DNA of 64,000 bases from a virus. The translations under genes and the position numbers were made by a program. The stretch is from positions 58,144 through 122,143 of the IMG/VR virus record IMGVR_UViG_3300037457_000038; one strand, 5' to 3'. The notes under the pieces are model-generated. The model was not told the origin of the DNA. It worked only from the letters and a program-made list of their open reading frames with translations, and searched no databases. Positions 17,608 through 25,745 of the stretch are shown one piece after another; position 1 is the stretch's first letter; the number at the start of each line of letters is the position of its first letter.

Positions 17608-17957
17608 AGCCGTGCCCCTTCTGTGAGATCGTCGCCGGACGCGCTCCCGCGACCGTCGTTCACGAGTGGTCCGACGTGATCGCGATCGTGCCGCTGAACC
17701 CCGTCGTTGACGGCCACACCCTGGTCATCCCGAAGCGGCACGTCCCCGACTTCGCCACCGACCCTGAGGTGTCCGCCGACGCGATGCTCCACGCCGCGCA
17801 GCTCATGCGCTGGACCGACCGACCCATGAACCTGATCACCAGCCGAGGACGCGAGGCCACACAGTCCGTGTTCCATCTCCACCTGCACCTCGTACCCCGC
17901 GCAGAGAACGACGGGCTCGCACTGCCCTGGCACAGCGGGAAGGGAACAGCGCGGTGA
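17604..17957 (+). CDS. HIT-family nucleotide hydrolase
   Basis: CPFC, GHTLVIPKRH, HLHLH triad. Confidence 0.9.
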   Translation: MKPCPFCEIVAGRAPATVVHEWSDVIAIVPLNPVVDGHTLVIPKRHVPDFATDPEVSADAMLHAAQLMRWTDRPMNLITSRGREATQSVFHLHLHLVPRAENDGLALPWHSGKGTAR

Positions 17958-18520
17958 CTGAGCCGCTCGTGTCCGTCGTGGTCCCGTACCACGCGGCCCG
18001 CAAGCGGAACGGCATGCTGCAACGCGCCGTGGTCTCCGTCCAGAACCAGACGGTGCCCCACCTGTTGATCACCGTCGAAGACACCCAGGGCCAGGGCGCC
18101 GCCGCGACCCGGCAACGCGGCCTCGACCAAGTCACCACACCCTGGGTCGCGTTCCTCGATTCCGATGACGAACTCGACCCCACCCACCTGGCGCAGCTCC
18201 TCGCCTGCGCCACCGAGACCGGCGCGGACTACGTCTACCCGTGGTTCCGCGTACGCGGCGGCCGCGACCCGTTCCCCATGTTCTTCGGCCGCCCGTGGGA
18301 CGACGCCCACCCCCACTCCACCACCATCACCATCCTCGTACGCACCACCCTCGCGCAGCAGGTCGGGTTCGACGGAGTGGGTGAGGATTTCCGGTTCACG
18401 AAGGCGTGCGTACGTGAGGGTGCGCGAATCGTGCACCACCCGGCGAGGACGTGGACGTGGCACCACGGTTCGCACAACTCCAGCGGCCGACCGAACCGAG
18501 GCGACGCCCGCCACCGCTGA
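17954..18520 (+). CDS. Glycosyltransferase family 2
   Basis: VSVVVP, WVAFLDSDD, GED. Confidence 0.85.
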   Translation: MTEPLVSVVVPYHAARKRNGMLQRAVVSVQNQTVPHLLITVEDTQGQGAAATRQRGLDQVTTPWVAFLDSDDELDPTHLAQLLACATETGADYVYPWFRVRGGRDPFPMFFGRPWDDAHPHSTTITILVRTTLAQQVGFDGVGEDFRFTKACVREGARIVHHPARTWTWHHGSHNSSGRPNRGDARHR

Positions 18521-18593
18521 CACCCGTATTCACCGGACCGGGCAACGTATCCTGAGGCCACACGCGGAGACGCCCACGGACCGGAGACAGCAC

Positions 18594-18815
18594 ATGAAGG
18601 TCAAACTGGCGGCCTACCTGGACGGACCCCGATCCCTGGAACGCGAGCTGCCAGACGACTGGTGGTCCCGCACCGAGGACCAGCGGAACGAGTGGATCAA
18701 CCAGTACAAATCAGATCTGGTCGACATGCTGCGCCAGAACACGCTGGCATACGAATGGGAACCCGGATGGGAAGGCCTGCTGTACGGAGAAGGCCCGGCC
18801 GACCTCGACGGCTGA
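18594..18815 (+). CDS. Hypothetical moron protein
   Basis: GGAG RBS, own -10 (TATCCT), downstream hairpin. Confidence 0.65.
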   Translation: MKVKLAAYLDGPRSLERELPDDWWSRTEDQRNEWINQYKSDLVDMLRQNTLAYEWEPGWEGLLYGEGPADLDG

Positions 18816-18932
18816 ACCCGCCGCCTCTGAGTGGCGCCCCTTCGCGCTTCTTCCCGGGGGCGCCCACGGGTCAATGAGGGAGTCAAAACCCTGGCGCACG
18901 GCCAGGATACGAGGCAACGCCCATACCCCGCT

Positions 18933-18965
18933 CCGGACAGCGCCACCACCCGCAGCAGCCACAAT
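18933..18965 (+). promoter_or_regulatory. Late promoter motif copy (CCGGA-N22-CACAAT), leaderless terL
   Basis: Same spacing; ATG 6 nt after the -10. Confidence 0.6.
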
Positions 18966-18971
18966 CCGGTC

Positions 18972-20336
18972 ATGGCATCGGACCGGGCACAGATCGCGCA
19001 CCGCGCAGCCGCCGCGCTCGCCGCCCGCGCCCAAACACCACACTGGCGCCCCCAGCCTCATCAGATCCCGCCACCGGGTGACTGGATGGGCTGGCTGCTG
19101 ATGGCCGGGCGTGGGGCCGGGAAATCGAAAGCGTGCTCCGAGTACGTGCGGCGGCACGTTGCAGGTCCGGCGTGTCTGCCTGGACCGGTGCCGCACTGGA
19201 TTGCCATCGTCGCCCCCACTCTCGGCGACGCTGTCACCTCCATGTACGAAGGACCCGGCGGCATCCGTAACGCCGACCCCGACGCGCGGCTGGTGCAGGC
19301 CCCCGGCGGCACGGTCATCCGCTGGCCCAACGGCTCGCAGGCCAAGATGTTCGGCGCCCACACCCCTGCGGATGTCGAGCGGCTACGGGCCGGTGGTAAC
19401 TCGTGCATGGCCGTCCTGGAGGAGTTCGCCGCGTGGCGGTACATGGATGCCACCTACGACCAGCTCCGGTTCGGCCTGCGCTCGGGTTCGAGGCCGCACT
19501 GGATCGCAGCGACCACACCTCGGCCTCGGCCGCTGCTGAAGCGCATGCTCGCAGGCGAGCTGCCGGGCATCGTCCACACGCACGCCACGATGTACGACAA
19601 CCCGCACCTTGAGGAGTCCGTCAAGGGCGCGCTGGAAGACGCGTACGCGGGAACCGACATCGGCGCGCAGGAGCTTCAAGGACGGCTGATCGACGAGGTT
19701 GCCGCAGCGCTCTGGACGCGGGCCATGCTCGAAGCCTCCCGCGTGCGGCCCGACGAGGTACCCGAGTTGAAGCGCATTTGTGTCGGCGTGGACCCGTCGG
19801 GCGGGGCTGGGGAACAGGGCATTGTCGTAGTGGGGAAGTCGGGTCTGGTGCTTCCCGGTGACGGCGGCCGCCCGCAGCACCACGGCTACGTCCTCGATGA
19901 CCGTTCATGCCGTCTGTCCCCGGATCAGTGGGGGCGGCGCGCGGTGCAGGCCGCGATCGACTGGGACGCAGACGAGTTGATCGCTGAGGTTAATTTCGGG
20001 GGGGCGATGTGTGTGGCGACGCTGCGCACGGCGTCCGAGGCCCTCGGAGTGGATATCCCGATCCGTACGACGACCTCTTCGCGGGGGAAGCAGGTGCGGG
20101 CGCAGCCGGTTGCTGCGCTGACGGCTCAGGGGCGTTGGCATATGGCGGGGGTGTTCCCGGAGCTGGAGGATCAGCTCGCGACTTGGTATGCAGAGCTCGG
20201 CTGGTCACCGGATCGTTTGGACGCCATGGTGTTCCCGGCCTGGCATATGAAGCTGGTAGGCGCGCTGGTGAAGGGTCAGGGTTCGTTGGGTGGGGAGTTG
20301 GCCAGAAAGCAGATCGCCGGTGGCCGCATACGCTGA
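18972..20336 (+). CDS. terL: Terminase large subunit
   Basis: AGRGAGKS Walker A, VLEE Walker B, ATTP, VGVDPS nuclease motif, SPDRLDA. Confidence 0.92.
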   Translation: MASDRAQIAHRAAAALAARAQTPHWRPQPHQIPPPGDWMGWLLMAGRGAGKSKACSEYVRRHVAGPACLPGPVPHWIAIVAPTLGDAVTSMYEGPGGIRNADPDARLVQAPGGTVIRWPNGSQAKMFGAHTPADVERLRAGGNSCMAVLEEFAAWRYMDATYDQLRFGLRSGSRPHWIAATTPRPRPLLKRMLAGELPGIVHTHATMYDNPHLEESVKGALEDAYAGTDIGAQELQGRLIDEVAAALWTRAMLEASRVRPDEVPELKRICVGVDPSGGAGEQGIVVVGKSGLVLPGDGGRPQHHGYVLDDRSCRLSPDQWGRRAVQAAIDWDADELIAEVNFGGAMCVATLRTASEALGVDIPIRTTTSSRGKQVRAQPVAALTAQGRWHMAGVFPELEDQLATWYAELGWSPDRLDAMVFPAWHMKLVGALVKGQGSLGGELARKQIAGGRIR

Positions 20337-20341
20337 CCGGC

Positions 20342-21019
20342 ATGAGTGGTGTCGTGATCAGCTATGTCCACCCCGGGTGGGTGACCCATACGTTCATGCA
20401 GTCGCTGCTCCTCGTGCTGGACCACGACCGCAAGTCCGAGCACCCCGCAGTAGGCGGTCTGATGCCGGTGCAGTTCCGGCCAGCCGGAATCACCGAGGCG
20501 CGCAACGACGCCGTGGACGCGTTCCTGGCGGGCGACGGTGAGTGGCTGTGGTTCGTGGACACCGACATGGGCTTCCGCCCGGACGCCCTGCAACGTCTAC
20601 TCGCGGCGGCTGACCCCAGCGAGCGGCCTGTGGTGGGCGCGTTGTGCTACGCGGCGCTGGCGGAAGCCCCGGACGGCATGGGCGGCTACGTGACGCGGGT
20701 GGTGCCGACGCTGTACGGCTGGGCGCAGGACGCGAAGGTGTTCACGGAGTGGGAGGGGCCGGTTCCTTCGGGGCTGTTGCGTGTGGCGGGTACGGGCGCG
20801 GCGTGTCTTCTGGTGCACCGTTCGGCGCTGGAACGCGTCGATGATGGGGCGTGGTTTGATCCGATCATCGACGGTACGGGGGCACGGGTGAGCGAGGACC
20901 TGTCGTTCTGTTGGCGCCTGATGGGCGCTGGAGTCCCTGTGCATGTGGACACCAGGGTTCCGACGAATCACCAAAAGCAGTTCTGGATCAACGGGAGTTC
21001 TCATGGCGTTTCCGACTAG
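20342..21019 (+). CDS. Glycosyltransferase (GT-A/GT2-like)
   Basis: EARN, WLWFVDTDM, GAACLLVHR, SEDLSFC. Confidence 0.8.
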   Translation: MSGVVISYVHPGWVTHTFMQSLLLVLDHDRKSEHPAVGGLMPVQFRPAGITEARNDAVDAFLAGDGEWLWFVDTDMGFRPDALQRLLAAADPSERPVVGALCYAALAEAPDGMGGYVTRVVPTLYGWAQDAKVFTEWEGPVPSGLLRVAGTGAACLLVHRSALERVDDGAWFDPIIDGTGARVSEDLSFCWRLMGAGVPVHVDTRVPTNHQKQFWINGSSHGVSD

Positions 21020-21248
21020 CGGCTACAACGTGCAGGCCGTCAAGTACTTCGTTCACAGCACGGCAGGGGTGTCGTTGACGATCAACGGCGCCGTCCTTAC
21101 CGGAGAGAACGACGCGGAGATGGAGGAGTTGGTGACGTACCTGGACAGTGCGCTGGCGTCGTTCAAGTCCTCGTACAACAGCGGCACCGCGTACACGGCG
21201 TCAGTGAACAAGTCGTTCCAGGGTGAGACGACTCCGGCGGCTCTGTGA
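21003..21248 (+). CDS. Hypothetical protein
   Basis: GGGAG RBS; Ser/Thr-rich. Confidence 0.6.
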   Translation: MAFPTSGYNVQAVKYFVHSTAGVSLTINGAVLTGENDAEMEELVTYLDSALASFKSSYNSGTAYTASVNKSFQGETTPAAL

Positions 21249-21679
21249 TGGACCTGTGGTTGCTGCTGGTTGTGATGTCGCTGGCCGTGTACCGGGGTAC
21301 GCGGCTCGTTGTCGAAGACACCTTCCCGCCGGTGCTGTGGCTGCGTGACCGGCTGGCTGGTGGGTGGCGGGAGCTCACACAGGGGGAGTTCAAGGACCAC
21401 CCAGTTCCGCCGCTCGATGATGACGCCGATCTGGTGGATGTTGCTGGGCTCGGCAGTGTGACGTCGATCGATGGTCGGATGCATCGGTACATCGAGCGTG
21501 CCCGGTGGTCGCCTCAGTGGCTGGGCGAGTTGGTGTCGTGCCCTTGGTGTGCGTCTGGCTGGGTGGCGGCCGGTGTGACGGCCGGAACCTGGGCGGTGGT
21601 GGGGTTGCCGGTGCCGCTGTTGGTGTGGGGCGCGGTGTGGGCGGTCGGGGCTCTGCTGGCTGCGCAGGACTGGGCGTAG
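21245..21679 (+). CDS. DUF1360-like membrane protein
   Basis: LAVYRGTRLVVED and ELVSCPWCASGW motifs, TM helices. Confidence 0.8.
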   Translation: MMDLWLLLVVMSLAVYRGTRLVVEDTFPPVLWLRDRLAGGWRELTQGEFKDHPVPPLDDDADLVDVAGLGSVTSIDGRMHRYIERARWSPQWLGELVSCPWCASGWVAAGVTAGTWAVVGLPVPLLVWGAVWAVGALLAAQDWA

Positions 21680-21709
21680 GTTCACCGGCCCGGTCAATAG
21701 AATGGCCGC

Positions 21710-22084
21710 ATGGAACCTGATGCCGTAGACCCCCTGACCGAAGCAGCGCAGTTGAACGACTACCGGTTCGGCAGAGATGGGGGATGCCCTGCGTGCTGGG
21801 AACACGAAGTACTGGAATCGGACGCTCAGATCATCGCGCATCTCATGGCGGATCACACGGCGGAGGAGTTGGCGTGGGCGCTGCTCTCGGAATCTGCTGT
21901 GGTGTTCCGGCTCCACGACTACATCATCTACCGGCACGATCTCGGGAAGAGCGGCCCGGTGCCGTACAACGTTTCCGAGGTGTCGCCCGAGGTGGATGCT
22001 GAGACTGATGCGGTGCAGGCGTCGGTGGCAGCGACAGCGAAGCGTCAGATGCCGCCGCATGTGACACGCAAGCTGGGCATGTGA
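21710..22084 (+). CDS. Hypothetical moron protein (leaderless)
   Basis: TAGAAT 6 nt before ATG; CPAC...H...H. Confidence 0.65.
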   Translation: MEPDAVDPLTEAAQLNDYRFGRDGGCPACWEHEVLESDAQIIAHLMADHTAEELAWALLSESAVVFRLHDYIIYRHDLGKSGPVPYNVSEVSPEVDAETDAVQASVAATAKRQMPPHVTRKLGM

Positions 22085-22097
22085 TCGTGGCGCAGGA

Positions 22098-22343
22098 GTG
22101 GGCATGATCGTACTAGGTGTCGCTCTCTGTGCCCTACTGGGTGCAGTATTTGCAAACCTGTTTGTGAAGCACTCAAACGTACCTATCTGGGTGCGGCTTC
22201 TCTACCCGCTTACACTAGCTGGGGCTGTGATTCTGGGAGATGTGTTCTTCCCATGGGATAGGCCTTTCGGTTCAGTAGCGGGAGCGGTTGTCGCTGTTGT
22301 TTCTGCATGTATCACGGGGGCGTGTCTCGAAAGGCGTTCCTAG
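22098..22343 (+). CDS. Low-GC small membrane protein (3 TM)
   Basis: Hydrophobic; markedly lower GC than the flanks. Confidence 0.55.
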   Translation: MGMIVLGVALCALLGAVFANLFVKHSNVPIWVRLLYPLTLAGAVILGDVFFPWDRPFGSVAGAVVAVVSACITGACLERRS

Positions 22344-22635
22344 GGGTGGCGGTGCCGCTGCTGGTGTGGGCGTAGCGTCGGCTGCGCGTCTACGATGGGT
22401 GTCACGGGTCGCTGGGTGTGGCTCTTGATGGTGCTGGCTCCAGCCGGTGTTGGGTTACGAGCGGTCCTCTGTTGGCGCAGGGGACCGCATCTCTTTGCCC
22501 ACATGCCGCCCGGAGTGGGCGTAGACTCTGCCGCGAGGTCATGCACCGTCCGGCCCATTCCGGTGCTGGTCAGCGAAGCCGCCCGCGTCTGTCGATCTAC
22601 GTCGATGGTGCGGGCGGCTTCCTCACGTCCGGGGT

Positions 22636-23205
22636 TCAAGCCACGGCACGAAGGGCCTGGCGCAGGCGCGAAGCCCCGAAGGTCTGATCGAAGCTGCGGC
22701 AGTACTCGGCGTTGATCGCGTAGTACGCGCCGCCCGAACCGACCGGGGAATGACCCTCCAACTTCCCCCGCTCGAAGACGTCGTGAGGGGTGGAGACCTC
22801 GAACCCGTCGAAGACGTAGTAGATCGGCAGGAGCCCGAGCGCGTGCAGGGTCATCTGGTAGCGAACGCAGTCTCGGTTGACGAAGCGCCTGCGCCTCTCG
22901 TAGTTGGCGGGTCCGGATTCCATGGCCGCCTTGGCATCGATGTAGACGACGTCCAGCCCGCGTACTGCGATGAAGTCGGGCATCCAGCGCAGGGGGCTCT
23001 CCGTGCGCCCGAGCGCTTCGGTGATCTCTGAACGGAAGGTCTCGATGCCGGTGCTGTCGACTGACCACCCATCCTTGGTGAGGCGGTCGGCTACGCGCTG
23101 CTCGTGCGGGGTGCTGACCGCCTTGCGCTGGGGGAAAGTGGTCCGCTTGGTCTTGGGTCGGCCATCCGTGACTACGAGCTTCAGTTGCTCGGGAGGTGTA
23201 CTCAT
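22636..23205 (-). CDS. Putative PD-(D/E)XK nuclease-fold protein
   Basis: E...MPDF...YIDAK spacing. Confidence 0.6.
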   Translation of the reverse strand: MSTPPEQLKLVVTDGRPKTKRTTFPQRKAVSTPHEQRVADRLTKDGWSVDSTGIETFRSEITEALGRTESPLRWMPDFIAVRGLDVVYIDAKAAMESGPANYERRRRFVNRDCVRYQMTLHALGLLPIYYVFDGFEVSTPHDVFERGKLEGHSPVGSGGAYYAINAEYCRSFDQTFGASRLRQALRAVA

Positions 23206-23346
23206 AGGCAGGAGTGTGCACGAAGCGGTGACGCGCGTTTTCCGGAGCGCGCGACGGAAGATCGATCCGCACCGTTGGTCTGCGTTGGTCTGCGTTGGTG
23301 GTGATCGACTGCGACCTTCTGCGTTGTCATCAGTCCACGCAAAGCT

Positions 23347-23553
23347 TTACTCGGTCTTTGCCTTCTCTGAGTCAGGACGCTGTTCAAGGAGCAAGAAGAT
23401 CTCATCGAAGTGAGCTCGTGTGAAGCGGTAGGCGCCCCCGACTTTCATGAACGGGAACACCCGCTCGCGGCATTGCTTCTTCACCCACCACGCGGAACAG
23501 CCGAGCGCGTGCGCGACGTCCTCAGGCGTGTAGACGGGCAGAGCGGGGTCCAT
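23347..23553 (-). CDS. Excisionase-like HTH protein
   Basis: YTPEDVAHALGCSAWWV...KVGGAYRF; AAGGAG RBS. Confidence 0.75.
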   Translation of the reverse strand: MDPALPVYTPEDVAHALGCSAWWVKKQCRERVFPFMKVGGAYRFTRAHFDEIFLLLEQRPDSEKAKTE

Positions 23554-23656
23554 GAGGCTCCTTATGGTGGTTGAGCTGGGGCAGCCCATGGTGCCTTCGG
23601 GGAACGCCGTACGCTTCCGGAGTTTTGGATGATCCCGGTCGGTCCTAGGAGGTCTG

Positions 23657-23863
23657 GTGATAGTCACCGTCAACGTTGCGGTCCTGCTGGCCGTCGTCAT
23701 CATTCTGCGGACGCGTCGGCGTACGCAGGCAAGGAGCCGGGGCGATGAGGTACTCACCGTGCTGCTCGTTCTGGTCTTCGGTGTGCTGATCGCCCCGACC
23801 GCGTTCGGTCAGGCAATCCTCGGCGCAGTGGTCCATGCGTTAGAGCAACTCACTCCGGAATGA
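23657..23863 (+). CDS. Small 2-TM membrane protein
   Basis: AGGAGG RBS; in-frame TTA codon at 23840. Confidence 0.65.
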   Translation: MIVTVNVAVLLAVVIILRTRRRTQARSRGDEVLTVLLVLVFGVLIAPTAFGQAILGAVVHALEQLTPE

Positions 23864-23887
23864 TCTTGCCGCCCCTGCTTTTAACCT
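23855..23887 (+). promoter_or_regulatory. Late promoter CCGGAATGATCTT-N14-TAACCT
   Basis: Exact motif upstream of the portal gene. Confidence 0.75.
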
Positions 23888-23921
23888 CCCCTCGCAGACC
23901 GCGAACAGGGAGCCGAAGCCC

Positions 23922-25745
23922 ATGGCCTGGTGGCACGCCTTCACCCGACGCACCACCCTGCCCACACCCACCACCAACACCGCACGCCAAAACCCGCCAC
24001 CACAGGCCGTCACCGCCGCCGCCACCACCGTCGCCAGCCCCCGCACCGAACTCGTACGCACCCCCGACGCCTGGCAAAACGAAGCCTGGGAGTTCTACGA
24101 CACCCTCGGCGAATTCCGGTACGCCGCCGACTGGGAAGCCAACATGCTCTCCCGCATCCGCTTCTACGCCGCCAAACTCGAACCCGGAGTCGACGAACCC
24201 GTACGCGCAGAAGCCGGAACCGCCGTCGAACTCATGACCCGCTTCGCAGGAGGCGTCGCCGGACAAGCCGAGATCATGAACGGCCTCGGCACCCAAATCG
24301 CCGTCCCCGGCGAAGGCTATTTGATCGTCGAGAACATGGGCGGCATCGAACAGTGGTCCGTCCGCTCCATCGACGAAGTCCGCGCCGGACGAGGCCACTA
24401 CGAAGTCATCGACGAAAACAACCCCCGCGACGGCTACAACTGGCGCCCCCTCGCCCCCGACTCCATGGCCCCCATCCGGGTGTGGCGGCCGAACAAACGC
24501 TTCCACCACGTCGCCGACTCCCCAGCGCGTGCGGCCCGGTCGACGATGCGGGAACTGGAACTGGTCAACCGGCACATCCAAGCCCAGTACCTCTCCCGCC
24601 TCGCAAGCGCCGGGGTGGTCATCTTCCCCGACGAGATCACCTTCCCCATCAAGGAGGAGTTCGCCGACGCCAACGACCCGTTCATGGAGGAGTGGATCGA
24701 GAACGCGAAGGCCGCGATCTCCACTCCTGGCACGGCCGCCGCGGTGGTGCCGATGCCGATCCGGGTGCCGGGTGAATACGTCGACAAGATCGCGCACATT
24801 GATTTCACCCTGCGCACCGACGAAAAGATCATCGAGAAGCGCGACTCGGCGATCAAACGCCTCGCCTCACAGCTCAACGTGCCGCCCGAAGTCCTCCTCG
24901 GCATGGGCGACCTCAACCACTGGAACGCGTGGGCCGTCGACGAAACCAGCCTCAAAGTCAACGTCGCCCCCGACGCCGAACTGATCTGCCATGCCCTCAC
25001 CACCGGCTACGTCCAGCCCCGCCTGAAAGCCTCCGGCGTAGACGACTGGGCCAGCTGGGTCGTCTGGTACGACATGTCGGAGCTGACCCTCAAGCCAGAC
25101 CGCTCCGGCGACGCACTCCAGCTGTACGACCGGCTGGAAGTCAACGGCGACGCACTCCGCCGCGAAACCGGCTTCGACGAGGCCGACAAACCCACCGATG
25201 ACGAGCTGGAGGAGCAGGCGCTCAAAATCATCATCAAAACCCTGCCGTCCGGCGCCGGGTCGGCACTGTCCACCCTTCTCGGTAAACAGATCGACATCAC
25301 ACCCGTTGCTGCCACGCCGCCAGACGAAGCGCCGAAAACTTCATCCGACGCGCCGCAGCCAGAGGAACGCGCCGCCCCGGCCACCCGCGATGAGCCGCCC
25401 CCGGAACAGGCCAGCACAGCAGCAGCGGCAGCCCGGCGTGCCGAGCGGATGGTGCGGCAGTCCAAAGCACTCCACGCCGTCCGGTTCCACGGCGGACGCG
25501 CCCCAGACCTGCTCCACCCCGCCGAGTGCAGCGCCCACGCCTACTCGTGCCCGTTCACCCACGCCGCGGTGAAACTCCCGACGCTGCCGAGACCGGGCAC
25601 ATCGGGCGTGTACGAGTGCCGCCTCGACTCGTTCGGCCGGCTGTCGATCGGCAAACTCTCGCCGCACCTGGACACCACAGGGTTCCTGACCACCACGACC
25701 GCTACCACCCGGAGCCGTAATGGCCACGCCTACAGCCGTAACTGA
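23922..25745 (+). CDS. Portal protein
   Basis: WQNEAWEFYD...GE, PPEVLLG...NHWNAW actinophage portal motifs; position after terL. Confidence 0.85.
   Translation: MAWWHAFTRRTTLPTPTTNTARQNPPPQAVTAAATTVASPRTELVRTPDAWQNEAWEFYDTLGEFRYAADWEANMLSRIRFYAAKLEPGVDEPVRAEAGTAVELMTRFAGGVAGQAEIMNGLGTQIAVPGEGYLIVENMGGIEQWSVRSIDEVRAGRGHYEVIDENNPRDGYNWRPLAPDSMAPIRVWRPNKRFHHVADSPARAARSTMRELELVNRHIQAQYLSRLASAGVVIFPDEITFPIKEEFADANDPFMEEWIENAKAAISTPGTAAAVVPMPIRVPGEYVDKIAHIDFTLRTDEKIIEKRDSAIKRLASQLNVPPEVLLGMGDLNHWNAWAVDETSLKVNVAPDAELICHALTTGYVQPRLKASGVDDWASWVVWYDMSELTLKPDRSGDALQLYDRLEVNGDALRRETGFDEADKPTDDELEEQALKIIIKTLPSGAGSALSTLLGKQIDITPVAATPPDEAPKTSSDAPQPEERAAPATRDEPPPEQASTAAAAARRAERMVRQSKALHAVRFHGGRAPDLLHPAECSAHAYSCPFTHAAVKLPTLPRPGTSGVYECRLDSFGRLSIGKLSPHLDTTGFLTTTTATTRSRNGHAYSRN

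Noticed and set aside
23840-23842. TTA (bldA-dependent) codon in a small membrane gene
   Set aside because: Single codon near the 3' end of an accessory gene; too little evidence for developmental control
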